DNA from: Carcharhinus longimanus
Taxonomy: Eukaryota
Reading direction: 5' to 3'
DNA: 64,000 bases
Assembly (NCBI GenBank): GCA_030264375.1
Contig: JASCQW010000122.1
Span: forward strand, 17,352,430 to 17,416,429
A program made the translations under genes and the position numbers. This document shows positions 51,812 to 63,035 of the stretch, piece after piece; the first letter of the stretch is position 1, and the number at the start of each line of letters is the position of its first letter. A model generated the notes under the pieces. That model saw only the letters and a list, made by a program, of their open reading frames with translations, ran no database searches and was not told the DNA's origin.

Positions 51812-54379
51812 NNNNNNNNNNNNNNNNNNNNNNNNNNNNNNNNNNNNNNNNNNNNNNNNNNNNNNNNNNNNNNNNNNNNNNNNNNNNNNNNNNNNNNNNN
51901 NNNNNNNNNNNNNNNNNNNNNNNNNNNNNNNNNNNNNNNNNNNNNNNNNNNNNNNNNNNNNNNNNNNNNNNNNNNNNNNNNNNNNNNNNNNNNNNNNNNN
52001 NNNNNNNNNNNNNNNNNNNNNNNNNNNNNNNNNNNNNNNNNNNNNNNNNNNNNNNNNNNNNNNNNNNNNNNNNNNNNNNNNNNNNNNNNNNNNNNNNNNN
52101 NNNNNNNNNNNNNNNNCCTCCCTCTGCTCGCAATCCCCAAGAAGAGAGACAGCAGGACTCACCATCCTCACCAAATACCCGCCCTCCCCCCCAGAGACCT
52201 CACTCATTGCCCAGTGGGCAGTGCCAAGGTACCCCCCTTGGGCACTGCCACTTTGTTTCTTGGGCAGTACCAGGGGGCCAGACTGTCACCTCCCTTTATT
52301 CCAATCCTTTGTGTGGTGGGGGGGGGGGGGCCTCAACTGCTGAATTGCTCTAAACTTTCTTTTCATGCAGTATCCTGCTATTGCGGAGCGTACTGTTAAA
52401 ATATTGTCCTAAGGATTGCAGAGTGACTATATGTTATTCTGCACTATTGCTCTCTGATGTAATTTCCTCAACACCACAGCTGTTTCTGGAGTCAATTCCC
52501 AACAGTGCCAATTATTCCATTCACACAACTACAGTTCAGCCAATCGTATTTGAAATATTAGAACACGTATATAAATTCTGCAATAGGTAATGGATGATAA
52601 TACACATTTTGAATAAAAAACAAATAGTTAAGCAGCTTGAAGTGTGACACTTATTGAAGCCACACTTGGTTTCTTTGTGATAGCAAAAAGCCTATTCTTA
52701 GCCTTTGCATCAAAACGTTGCTTCATTCTCCACTCCGTTAAAACAGGATTCCCTCCACCCAGCAGGGACCTCTTAAGTGACTTCCTTCTCTGTTATGAAA
52801 TTTTTGTCATTTCAGTTACATTTGAAGGATGTTTTGAATAAATTACTAGATCCTCACCAAGAAACAGCTGAAAGTACAAGTCATTACTTGCCTATAAACA
52901 AGTTCCTATTCTTTGTGAAGACTCCTGTGGACTAAATTACATTTCGCACAGTAAGGTGTGAGCTGCAGTACAGAATTAAGAAAACCAACAAAACAGCAGC
53001 TGTGCAGATACGCAATGTAAGTAGTGTTTGCATTTTAAGGCTTCCAGACGAGCACAATGCTTTATAACACATTTCAATATAATTTTTAACAAACATTTCA
53101 GATGTAATTTTACTTTATCACAGTTGATTTTTTTTGCAACATGCCAACTTCTTTCTATTAAATTGTAGAGGTACAGGAGTGGCGAGTGGCATCATTACTG
53201 GGATTTGGCTAATGCACTTTAGGGAGGCAAAGTCGGAAGGCGAGATACATTGATGTGTTCCCATAAAATTTAATTGTTGGCTGAGGAGATGCACGTAGAA
53301 ATGATAGACCAAGTCAACCATTTAACTTCTCAGTAGTTTTGAAGGAAGAAGGAGAAAAGACTTGCATTCATACAGCAGTTTACATGCTCAGGCTGTCACA
53401 ATGTGCTGCACAGTTATTATTACTTTTTAAGGACAGTCACACTTGATTTGTGAACAGCAAAACACAACAAATAGTACTAAAATAATGGCCAGGGCACTGA
53501 AAGAATCCCCTCAAACACAGGTCCATCATGCTTGCACCAGCTCTTTGTTAGAGATACCCAATTAGCTTGACGGTTCAAATTTCCCCATAGTCATGTAATT
53601 GTTTTTCCTTAATTATTTATCTAGTTCTCTAGTTCTGAATGTTACAGTCGAATCTGCTTCTACCACTCTGGGCACAACACTAAAAACTCTCTTCAGTGCC
53701 CTCTCCGAGGCCTGGGTATCCTTGCCAAAGTGTGGTGCCCAGATTTGCACATAATACTTCAGCTGAGGCATAATCAGTGTTTTATAAACATTTAGAATAA
53801 CTTCTATGATTTTGCACTCTGTGGGTGAGAAATTTGGCTCCTTTGTGATGATTTTCAAGTACTACATGCACCTTCAGAATTCTAAGATGGTGTCCATTGT
53901 TAGTGGACTATTGAGGTATATTGCACAAGGTGCCATGCTAGTGATGCAAATTGTATGTGTGCAATGAATGTCTTCTAAAAGAACACAGGTCAAGCAGGTC
54001 TCATGTTAATAAGTGTGCAATTCTGATTTGATGTCAATGGGGCCATTTTGGAGTTCAATACACCAGCTTATGCACTCTGCTCATCTTGCACAGTTGACTC
54101 TTTCCCACCAACATATTGAAAGGCATCATCTACTAACAAGGTTAATTTCCAGTTTATTTTTCTTGCTGTTGCTACTATTCTACAAATGTTTGATGTCTTC
54201 TATAGTTGTTTAATGTTGCAAAAGTCTACAGGAAATGATATGGCAGGAGTTGAAGGACCTTTTGCTGACTTCAACATTTCTGCACAAAGCAGTTGCACCC
54301 AGATACGGCTGTGCTAAGAAGCGTTTCCCTTGGAATACAGTCTGACTTGAAAATGAATAGAAACACAGTAGAGCAAGAC

Positions 54380-54515
54380 AAAGTGCTGGAAGAGAGAGGA
54401 GGAAAGAAAGGCCCTCAGCAGGCAGCCATATCTGCTCAGGGGCTTGAAGAGTAATTCTCCAACATCAAACTCAAAAGAAGAACTGTTTTCAAAATGTCTG
54501 CACTGCACTAAACAG
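54380..54515 (+). mobile_element. Harbinger transposase (HARBI1-like) N-terminal remnant
   Basis: RKALSRQPYLLR followed (frameshifted) by EELFSKCLHCTK resembles the RRPY..RV...EEQC.RRLRF.K N-terminus of Harbinger nucleases as recalled. Confidence 0.4.
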
Positions 54516-54527
54516 AGATTTATCAGT

Positions 54528-54652
54528 AAAGTAAAAGTAAAGTTTATTTATTAGTCACAAGTAAGGCTTACATTAACACTGAAATTAAGTTACTGTGAAA
54601 TTCCCTGAGTCTCCACACTCCGGTGCTCGTTCAGGTCAATGCAACGAACCAA
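54528..54652 (-). mobile_element. Isolated 3' tail of the alternative-tail SINE or its partner LINE
   Basis: aaagtttatttattagtcacaagtaaggcttacattaacactg...gttactgtgaaattccc; matches 7143-7230. Confidence 0.75.
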
Positions 54653-55774
54653 AGATGAAAAGAAATAATGTGACATGAGATGCACCAATATGTAATGTGT
54701 TTGCTTCTTAAGATAACTGGATGCATTGTAACCTCAAATAATCATAGAATTGATACAGCACAGGAGGTGATTATTCATCCCATCGTGTCTGGACTGGCTC
54801 TCCAGATGAGCAGTCTTCTTTGTGCCATTCTCCTGTCTTCTCCTCTCCACATTCGCTCTTTTCAGATAACAGTCTATTTTCCATTTGATGTTTCCATTGA
54901 ATCTGCTTCCCCCATACCTTCAGGCAATACATTCCAAACCCTAACCATCTGCTGCACAAAAAAATTCTCATGTATCATTTTTGTTTCTGTTAGCAATTAC
55001 TGTAAATCCGTGCATTTGTTTTTCATGTCTGCACTGTCTCATTAGTATTTTGCACAATGATTTGTTCATTATCTCAGTTTATTTTGTTTTAACAATTTCT
55101 TCATTTTTCAATTCAGATTCTTTGAAGACTCACAAGGTTCATAATATCTTGACCATAGTTAAATCTAACAATCTGGGAGTAACTGTTGGTACAGACCAGC
55201 ATTTAGACAATTCTGTCAATAACACAAGGTTGTGAAATGAAAAGGTCTATTTTCTTAAATGACAAATACAGATTTCGAGAGTTGCACAGGAAAACAGTGC
55301 TTTTCTGCAGACTGAGTCCTTTATCCTTTCAATCACCTATCTGGGTGAGTGCTTCAACTTAGGAGCAATATACAGGACACAATTTGGAAGAGTGATATCT
55401 TTTAGTTAATAGTGAATAATAAGTTATATACAAAACAAACATTAACCATTTCTTAAGCACCAAAATAACACCACAGCTAGAACTTTACATTTTTAGGCTT
55501 TGTTTAGTCGGAGAGGAAAATTACAACACTTCTCAAAAATATTGTCTAATGCTCTACCTAAATTTGGTCCAATTGCAACAATTTTGCAATTATTGGAAGT
55601 AAAATTCTGTGACCATGCGCTGTGGAACATGATACAGTTCAAACCATTTTTGCAGAACTCATCTCCAATTACATGGCTGAGTATTCCGTGACAAGTTCAT
55701 AACATATAGGAGCAGAATTAGGCCATTCGGCCCATCAGGTCTGCTCTGCCATTCAATCATGGCTAATGAAGCAT

Positions 55775-57318
55775 GTGGGAATCCCAGGACATTGTGGGAG
55801 GCTACGGAGGAGCTTGTGGGTCACCTAGCCGAGATATTTGAATCATCAATAGTTACGGGAGAGGTGCCTGAAGATTGGAGAGTGGCAAATGTTGTGTCTT
55901 TGTTTAAAAAGGGCTGCAGGGAAAAGCCTGGGAACTACAGGTCAGTGAGCCTCATATCTGTGGTGGGTAAATTGTTGGACAGTATTTTGAGAGAAAGGAT
56001 CTACAGGCATTTAGAGATGCAAGGACTGATTAGGGACAGTCGGCATGGCTTTGTGAGTGAAAAATCATGTCTCACAAATTTGATTGAGTATTTTGAAGGG
56101 GTAACCAAGAAGGTAGATGAGGGCAATGCAGTTGATGTTGTCTACATGGACTTTAGCAAGGCCTTAGACAAAGTACCGCATGGTAGGTTGTTGCATAAAA
56201 GGTTAAATCTCACAAGATCCAGGGTGAGGTATCTAATTGGATACAAAATTGGCTTCTTGACAGAAGCCAGAGAATGGTTGTAGAGGGTTGTTTTTCTAAC
56301 TGGAGGCTTGTGACCAGCGGTGTGCCTCAGGGATGAGTGCTGGGTCCACTGTTATTTGTTTATATTAATGATTTGGATGAGAATATAGGAAGCATGGTTA
56401 GCAAGTTCACAGATGATGCTAAGGTTGGTGACATGGTGGACAGTGAAGAAAGTTATCTCCAATTGCAACAGGATCATTATCAATTGGGTCAGTGGGCTGA
56501 CGAATGGCAGATGGAGTTTAACTTAGACAAATGCGAGGTGATGCATTTTGGTAGATTGAACCAGGACAGGACTTACTCAGTTAATGGTAGGGTGTTGGGG
56601 AGAGTTACAGAACAAAGAGATCTAGGGCTACATGTTCATACCTCCTTGAAAGTGGAGTCACAGGTGGACAGAGTGGTGAAGAAGGCATTCAGCATGCTTG
56701 GTTTCATTGGGTAGAACATTGAATACTGGAGTTGGGACGTCTTGTTGAAGTTGTACAAAACATTGGTAAGGCCAAACTTGGAATACTGTGTACAGTTCTG
56801 GTCACCCGAATATAGAAAGGATTTTATTAAACTAGAAAGAGTGCAGAAGAGATTTACTAGGATGCTACTGGGACTTGATGGTTTGAGTTATAAGATGAAG
56901 CTGGATAGACTGGGACTTTTCCCTCTGGAGCATAAGGGCTTAGGGGTGATCTTAGAGGTCTACAAAATAATGAGGGGTATAGATCAGCTGGATAGTCAAT
57001 ATCTTTTCCCAAAGGTAGGGGAGTCAAAAACTAGAGAGCATAGGTTTAAGGTGAGAGGGGAGAGATAAAGGGGTCCAGAGGGGCAATTTTTTCTCACGCA
57101 GAGGGAGGTGAGTGTCTGCACAAGCTGCCAGAGGTAGTGACAGGTACAATTTTGTCTTTTGTAAAACATTTAGACAGTTACACGGGTAAGATGGCTATAG
57201 AGGGCCGTGGGCCAAATGCGGGCAATTGGGACCAGCTTAGGGGCTTAAAAAAAAAGGGTGGCATGGACAAGTTGGGCCGAAGGACTTGTTTCCATGCTGT
57301 AAACCTCTATGACTCTAT
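55775..57318 (+). mobile_element. CR1/HER1-type LINE, 5'-truncated, nearly complete RT domain with frameshifts and stops
   Basis: GEVPEDWRVANVVSLFKKG...NYRSVSL, HGFVSEKSCLTNL, VYMDFSKALDKVPH, GVPQG, SKFTDDAK, LVRPNLEYCVQFWSP; tail cctctatgactctat. Preceded by an opposite-strand CR1 tail at 55697-55766. Confidence 0.95.
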
Positions 57319-57827
57319 TATAGAAGCTCTTACAAAAAAAATGATTCGAGCATATGATCGCTTCTGGCTTGGTTCCAAAATTTTCAATTCTGCACATTCG
57401 ATCAGACTTTGCTGTAAAAGTAACTGTGAGGCTGAGGACACTCATAATTACTGAAGATTCAGTCAGTAAACAGTTTCCAGTGACATCACATGCGACCAAA
57501 CATGGAAATAAGGAAGATCCTGTCCAAGATGCCCTGCTTCCCCAGAAGCTGTGCTATAATAACATCTTGCTAAGGGACTTTGCAAGGACTTTGCTGTCAA
57601 ATTTAGGCTAAGTAAACTTCTAACGGTGTGCTGCATGTTAATTACTGCTAGGTAACCTCTGTGGTATTGAAAATTAACTTCTACGAATGTACAGTTCTAT
57701 GCTTGCAAATTTTAATCATTGTTAGAAGTTTTCAAAGAAGTTTTTACTTTCTCTTCCTGTCCTTCATCTTTTTTTCTGAATCCAATCATTCTTTCTTCCC
57801 TCTTTGTTTTTGTATCTGATGCAACAG

Positions 57828-58470
57828 TAAGAACATAAGAAATAGGAGCAGGAGTAGGCCATCTAGCCCTTCGAGCCTGCCCCGCCATTCAATAAGATCA
57901 TGNNNNNNNNNNNNNNNNNNNNNNNNNNNNNNNNNNNNNNNNNNNNNNNNNNNNNNNNNNNNNNNNNNNNNNNNNNNNNNNNNNNNNNNNNNNNNNNNNN
58001 NNAGCTTAGGGGTTTTAAAAAAAAGGGCAGCATGGACAAGTTGGGCTGAAGGGCCTGTTTCCATGCTGTAAACCTCTATCACTCTATAATTCTGTATGCT
58101 CCTCATCCCTATTTTTCTGTCTTCTCCCCATAACCAATTAAAAATCTGTCTAACTACTCCTTAAATTTACTCATTGTCCCAGCATCCACTGAACTTTGGT
58201 GTAGCGATTTACACAGATTCACAACCCTTCGGGAAAAATAGTTTTTCCTCAACACTGTTTTAAATTTGCCACCCCTTATCCTGAGACTATGATCTTTCAT
58301 CCTAGAATGTCCCACAAGAGGAAGCATCCACTCCACATCTACCATATCCATGCCTTTTATCATCATGTATATCTCAATTTGATCTCCCCCTAGTTCTTCT
58401 AAATTCTCTTCATACAGCAAACCCCTCAACTCTGGAATCAATGAACCTAACAACCTAGTGAACCTAATTC
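57828..58470. mobile_element. Cluster of CR1 3' ends around an N gap (minus tail, plus tail, minus ORF2 end)
   Basis: (CATAAGAA) tail at 57828; plus tail at 58003-58068; minus peptide LGGDQIEIYMMIKG...HSLRIRGGKFKTVLRKNYFSRRVVNL. Confidence 0.8.
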
Positions 58471-58657
58471 TTTATCATCAGTATTTTCAACATTTCACCT
58501 GATACCCAAAGGACAGGACAGACAGCTTGCTGCTGATGATGGGTCTGTTCAAAGCCTTACAGTCAACTTTGGAAAGAAATGCATGAATATAAGGAAGAAG
58601 GGATAAGATTGTAATTGATTCAAACTATGCACTATTTCTGGATGTCTAATGGAGAAG

Positions 58658-58875
58658 TAGGTCTTGTGGGGCAGTGGGTAGTGTCCCTAACACTGAGCCA
58701 AGAGCTTTGGATTTGAGTCCCACTCCAGGACTTGATAGCCACAGAAGGTCCATTCATAATGTGGTAAAAAAGATTGATAATCAACCTGTAAACCCTTCAA
58801 ATATGCCAATGCCACGCAGTAAGAGCGAGAGTGTCTCCTGGTCAGCTGTGCTTGATGTGAAGTGGCGTCCCCTAA
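58658..58875 (+). mobile_element. tRNA-derived SINE of a non-HE1 family
   Basis: A-box-like tggggcagtgg and B-box-like ggatttgagtccc at tRNA-like spacing, followed by an unrelated body. Confidence 0.6.
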
Positions 58876-59179
58876 CAGGCCGGCAGCCTGTTCCAGGAAA
58901 AATATAGCCATAGAAACAGACATAAGTACTTTGTCTGCCTCATGTGTCACTAAGACATGGGAAAAAACCAAAGTCCTAAGTGTCGAGTTATGTGCAAGTG
59001 CTCTCATATTGAGTGCTCCTTTTAAGTGGCAACTCGGTGGGATAGAGCATAGGCAGCCTTGAGTGAAATAAAAACTGAAAATGATGAAAATGTCCAGCAG
59101 GTCAGGTAGCATCTGTGCAGAAGGTAAAAGAGTTCACATTTCAAGTCAGCGACCTTTCATCAGAACTGGAGAAGCTTTT

Positions 59180-60180
59180 AAAATTCATTTATGGGATGTG
59201 GCCATCGCAGATTAAGCTAAGCATTTACCATCCATCTCCAGTTGCTCTTCAGAAGTTGCCTTCTGAACAGCTGCAGTCCTTGAGGTATAGGTACACCCAC
59301 AGTACAGTTAGGGAGATTGTTCCAGGACTTTGACCCATGGACAAGTGAAGGAACAGTGGTATATTTCCAAACCAGGATTCTGAGTGACTTGGACGTGAAT
59401 ATTAAAGGTGATGGTGTTCCCAGGAATCAGCTGCACTGTCCTTTTAAATGGTAGTGGTCATGGGCTTGGAAGGTACTATGAAGAAACTTTGGTAAGTTCC
59501 TGCAGTGTATTTTGCAAATGGTACACACAACTGCCACTGTTCATCGGTAGTGGAGGGGTAGAATGTTTGTGGAAGGGGTACCAATCAAGAGGGCTGCTTT
59601 GCCCTGGATGGTGTTGAAGTTCGAGTGTTGTTAGAGCTGCACTCATCCAGACAAGTAGAGAGTATGCCATTACATTGCTGACTTGTGCCTTGTAGATAGT
59701 GTTCAAGATCTGGGGAGTTTGAGGTTAGTTCTCGCCACAGGATTCCTGACCTTTGACTTGCTCTGATGGCCAGAATATTTTACATGGCTTGTGCAATTCC
59801 ATTTCTAGTCAATGGTATCCCCCAGAATGTTGATAGTGGGACATTCAGCAATGGTAATGCCATTGAATGTCATGGGGCGCTGGCTAGATCCTCTCTTGTT
59901 GGAGATGGTCATTGTATAGGATGTGTGTGGCATGAATGTTACTTGCCACTTGTCAGCCCAAGCTTGGATATTGTCTCAGTCTTGATACATCTGGACGTGC
60001 CCTGCTTCCTTATCTGAGGATTCACGAATGGTGCTGAACATTGTGGAGTCAAGAGCGAACATCCCCACTTCTGACCTACTGAAACAGCTGAAGATGGTTG
60101 GGTCTTGGACACGATCCTGAGGAACCCCTGCAGTGATGTACTAGAATTGAGATCATTGACCTCCAATCACCACAACCAGA
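59180..60180 (-). mobile_element. ATGA-tailed CR1-group LINE, ~1 kb 3' fragment
   Basis: TIYKAQVSNVMAYSLLVWMSAALTTL peptide; GVPQ motif at ~60130-60119; 3' UTR at 59180-59260. Confidence 0.8.
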
Positions 60181-60282
60181 TGTAACATCAAGTATAAAAG
60201 CAAGGAATGTGCAAGAATAAATTGAAGTCTGCAATTGGGTGAAAGGCTGCAGAGATTAAATGATAAAAGAGGTGATGGTGTA

Positions 60283-60648
60283 TGACCAGCCTCCCATCCA
60301 TTGACTACTTCTACACTTCCTGCTGCCCTGGGAAAGCAGCCAACAGAACCAAGGTACTCACACACCCCAGACATACTCTCTTCCGCCTTCTTCCATCAGG
60401 AAAAAGATACAAAAGTCTAAGGTCACGTACCAACCAATTCAAGAACAGCTTCTTCTCTGCTGCCATCAGACTTTTGAATGGATCTACCTAAGTTGATCTT
60501 TCTCTGCACCCTACCTATGCCTTTAACATTACATTCAGCATCCTCGCCTTCCCTCCTCTATGAACAGCATGCTTTGTCTGTATAGCATATAAGAAAAAAT
60601 ACTTTTCACTGTATACTAATACATGTGATAATAATAAATCAAATCAAA
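60283..60648 (+). mobile_element. Rex1/Babar-like LINE 3' end
   Basis: HPRHTLFRLLPSGKRYKSLRSRTNQFKNSFFSAAIRLLN; tail aataataaatcaaatcaaa. Colinear with 20246-20618. Confidence 0.88.
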
Positions 60649-60943
60649 AGGAGATGATAACAAAAATAAGTAAATAAACAAAAGGTGGGTGTGGATGGAG
60701 GAGATGTAAATAGGAACCAACAGCTCATGATCATCATAACCTCTACCCCAATTTTTCAGATATTGGTGATGATTCTGCCATTATCACTTACAACTTCTCA
60801 AGATCCATTTTTGATTCTTCATTTGTTTCACTACCATCTCCTTTTGCTTTGCCATATCAACTCTTTTGTCACTTAATCTTTCTTGCATTTCACCTTACCA
60901 TAGATCTTTTCCCTGCTTCTGTATTTGCTTAAAACCTATTACG

Positions 60944-61410
60944 ATTTGGTTTGATTTATTATTGTCACATGTATTAACATACAGTGAAAAGTATTGTTTC
61001 TTGTTCACTATACAGACAAAACATACCATTTACGGAGAAGAAAACAAGAGAGTGCAGAATGTAGTACTGTAGTCATAGCTTGGGTGTAGAGAAAGGTCAA
61101 CTTAATGCAAGGTAGGTCCATTCAAAAGTCTGACAACTGCAGGAAAGAAGTTGTTCTTGAGCCGGTTGGTCTGTGACCTCAGGCTTTTGTATCTTTCCCG
61201 AAGGAAGAAGATGGAAGAGTGAATGTCCAGGGTGTGGGGGTCTTTATGCTGGCTGTTTTGCTGAAGCAGCGGGAAGTGTAAACAGAGTCACTGGATGGGA
61301 GGCTGATTTGCATGATGGATTGGGCTACATTTACGACCTTTTGGGCAGAACAGGAGCCATACCAAGCTGTGACACAACCAGAAAAAATCCTTTCCATGGT
61401 GCATCTGTAA
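60944..61410 (-). mobile_element. Rex1/Babar-like LINE 3' end, inserted into a Penelope-derived repeat
   Basis: YRCTMERIFSGCVTAWYGSCSAQ peptide and reverse-complement tail gatttggtttgatttattatt. Penelope-like flanks at ~60780-60943 and 61411-61553. Confidence 0.85.
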
Positions 61411-61681
61411 ATCTTTTGTTCCAGTTCTGATGAAAGATTATTGGCCTGCAACATTAACTCTGTTTCTCTCTCCACAGATGCTACCTGACCTGCTGAGTAT
61501 TTCCAGAATTTTTTTGTTTTGATTTCAGATTTACAGTTGTTGCAGTATTTTGCCTGTGCCAGTGATATTTCCAGTTGATTACTTGCTGAGGAAAAGACAG
61601 CCTTGTACTCATGATATATATATCCGATCTAAATTATTTCAATGCTTAGGAGCATCAAACAGAATTGCTGCCAATTTTATT

Positions 61682-61736
61682 TTACATACTACAGATTTTG
61701 AGTTCAGCTTCAGTGAACTTGGCTTTCAAGTGGAAT
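61682..61736 (-). CDS. Probable terminal coding exon of the coiled-coil gene: (E)FHLKAKFTEAELKICSM* or, with the other donor, IPLESQVH*
   Basis: Acceptor cttattttgaatttcag|A at 61737/36. TAA at 61684-82 is immediately followed by AATAAA (61681-76). The reading frame depends on which upstream donor is used. Confidence 0.5.
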
Positions 61737-61884
61737 CTGAAATTCAAAATAAGCCAAGTGCATATTTCTCTCCATTTTGTTTTGAAAAGTGCATTAATCT
61801 GCTTTGATAATTTGAGTCAACGTGTCTGAGCAAATATATGTCATGTATATTAATTTGCACATCAGTTGTTTCTGGTCACTCTAC

Positions 61885-62010
61885 CTGATGCAGAGACTTC
61901 TCCTGTTCATTGAGCTGCTGTAGCAAGCTTTCTTTGTGTTGATTTACGAGGGCTAACTCTATTACAATTTGTGCCATTGACTGCTGAAAGATCTGCTGTT
62001 TTCCTGCGAA
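61885..62010 (-). CDS. Internal exon, coiled-coil protein (kinesin-4/KIF4-like stalk): FAGKQQIFQQSMAQIVIELALVNQHKESLLQQLNEQEKSLHQ
   Basis: Acceptor ctatttgttttcag|, 126 nt open frame, donor CAG|gtagag (alternative GA|gtgacc 5 nt further, exon end 61880). The phase 0 start matches the phase 0 end of the upstream exon. Heptad pattern present. Confidence 0.8.
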
Positions 62011-62676
62011 CTGAAAACAAATAGTGCTTAACATCCACATACAGGGCTCCGGTAATGGTGTTTGAAATATTACAGATATTATCCTCTAATGTTTCTACTC
62101 AATTTACAACTACAGATGGTCTCACAGATTAAGATTGAATGCAGACATTTCTAACGAGCTGTTGCTTTTCATTATATTGAAAAAAAATGTACACTCATCA
62201 TGCTGCACTCCCTTAAATTAACACATCTGTCCTAAATTTGCAGCACTTCAGTGATGACATGATTTAACTTTCACAACGCAGAGTTCTTATTTACAGATCG
62301 AATATAAAATGTATTATTGTAACAATGTTTATATTGGCTCAATTAATCAGTATGTGTGGTATTTGAGTCCAGTTTTATTTTCTCAAATTAGTTGTAGTAC
62401 TCTCAAACCCACAAATTCTGCTTTCAGAAACTTATAACAATGCTCGAGAGATTATTGTTAACAAGGTACAGATTTGTATTGGGAGAAAACAGCTCAATGA
62501 AACATTGCTGAAAGGGAATTAAATAAAACTGATTCTTCTTATTGAATGGCACTATACCAGGGCAACAACTTGGACAAATTGTTGCTGTCAAATCAGCATA
62601 ATAGTGGAGAGCGAGATAACACGTACTTTTGCAGTGTCACCCTCAAGGTTAAACACGAAAATATCAAACTGCTTAC

Positions 62677-62795
62677 TTCTTTATTTATAGTTTGTATTTC
62701 AAGTTCCTCAGCACAATAAGCAGGGTCATCTCTGTTATTCTGGAACTTCTTGGAAGTCAGCCAAGTCTTGTGATTTTCCAAGCATAAATCAAAAT
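62677..62795 (-). CDS. Internal exon of the same gene: (D)FDLCLENHKTWLTSKKFQNNRDDPAYCAEELEIQTINKE
   Basis: Acceptor ggtgtttttcacag|, donor GAA|gtaagc, 119 nt. Only one frame is open (phase 1 to 0). Confidence 0.8.
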
Positions 62796-62829
62796 CTGTG
62801 AAAAACACCAATTAAAAATGAATCGAAAT

Positions 62830-63035
62830 AATCTGATTTCCACCGGTATGATGAACTATCCCAGGATGGATTGGAACAAAAGTAATATATTTCGTAATAT
62901 ATAAAGAGAAGATCATTTTTGGGAATGCTTCCAGGTCCACTTAGGCAAATAGTATATACGTGTGGTCCAGCAAGGAAAGAAGCATTTATTGATTTAGTCT
63001 TGGGGAATGTTGAAAGGTAAATAACTGACGTGACA
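62830..63035 (+). mobile_element. Old CR1 endonuclease remnant (intronic)
   Basis: PARKEAFIDLVLGNVER*ITDV fits the CR1 PTR..A.LDLVL.N motif. Confidence 0.65.

Noticed and set aside
51647-52399. Long ORFs (up to 203 aa); also 15944-16588
   Set aside because: They read through N runs and repeat sequence.
52628-52789. Minus-strand open frame RRKSLKRSLLGGGNPVLTEWRMKQRFDAKAK...
   Set aside because: Weak acceptor, an in-frame stop immediately upstream and no recognisable homology.
55759-57068. Three consecutive RT ORFs suggesting an active element or programmed frameshifting
   Set aside because: 5'-truncated copy with random indels and an in-frame stop, and a degraded catalytic region (FTDD); a dead CR1.
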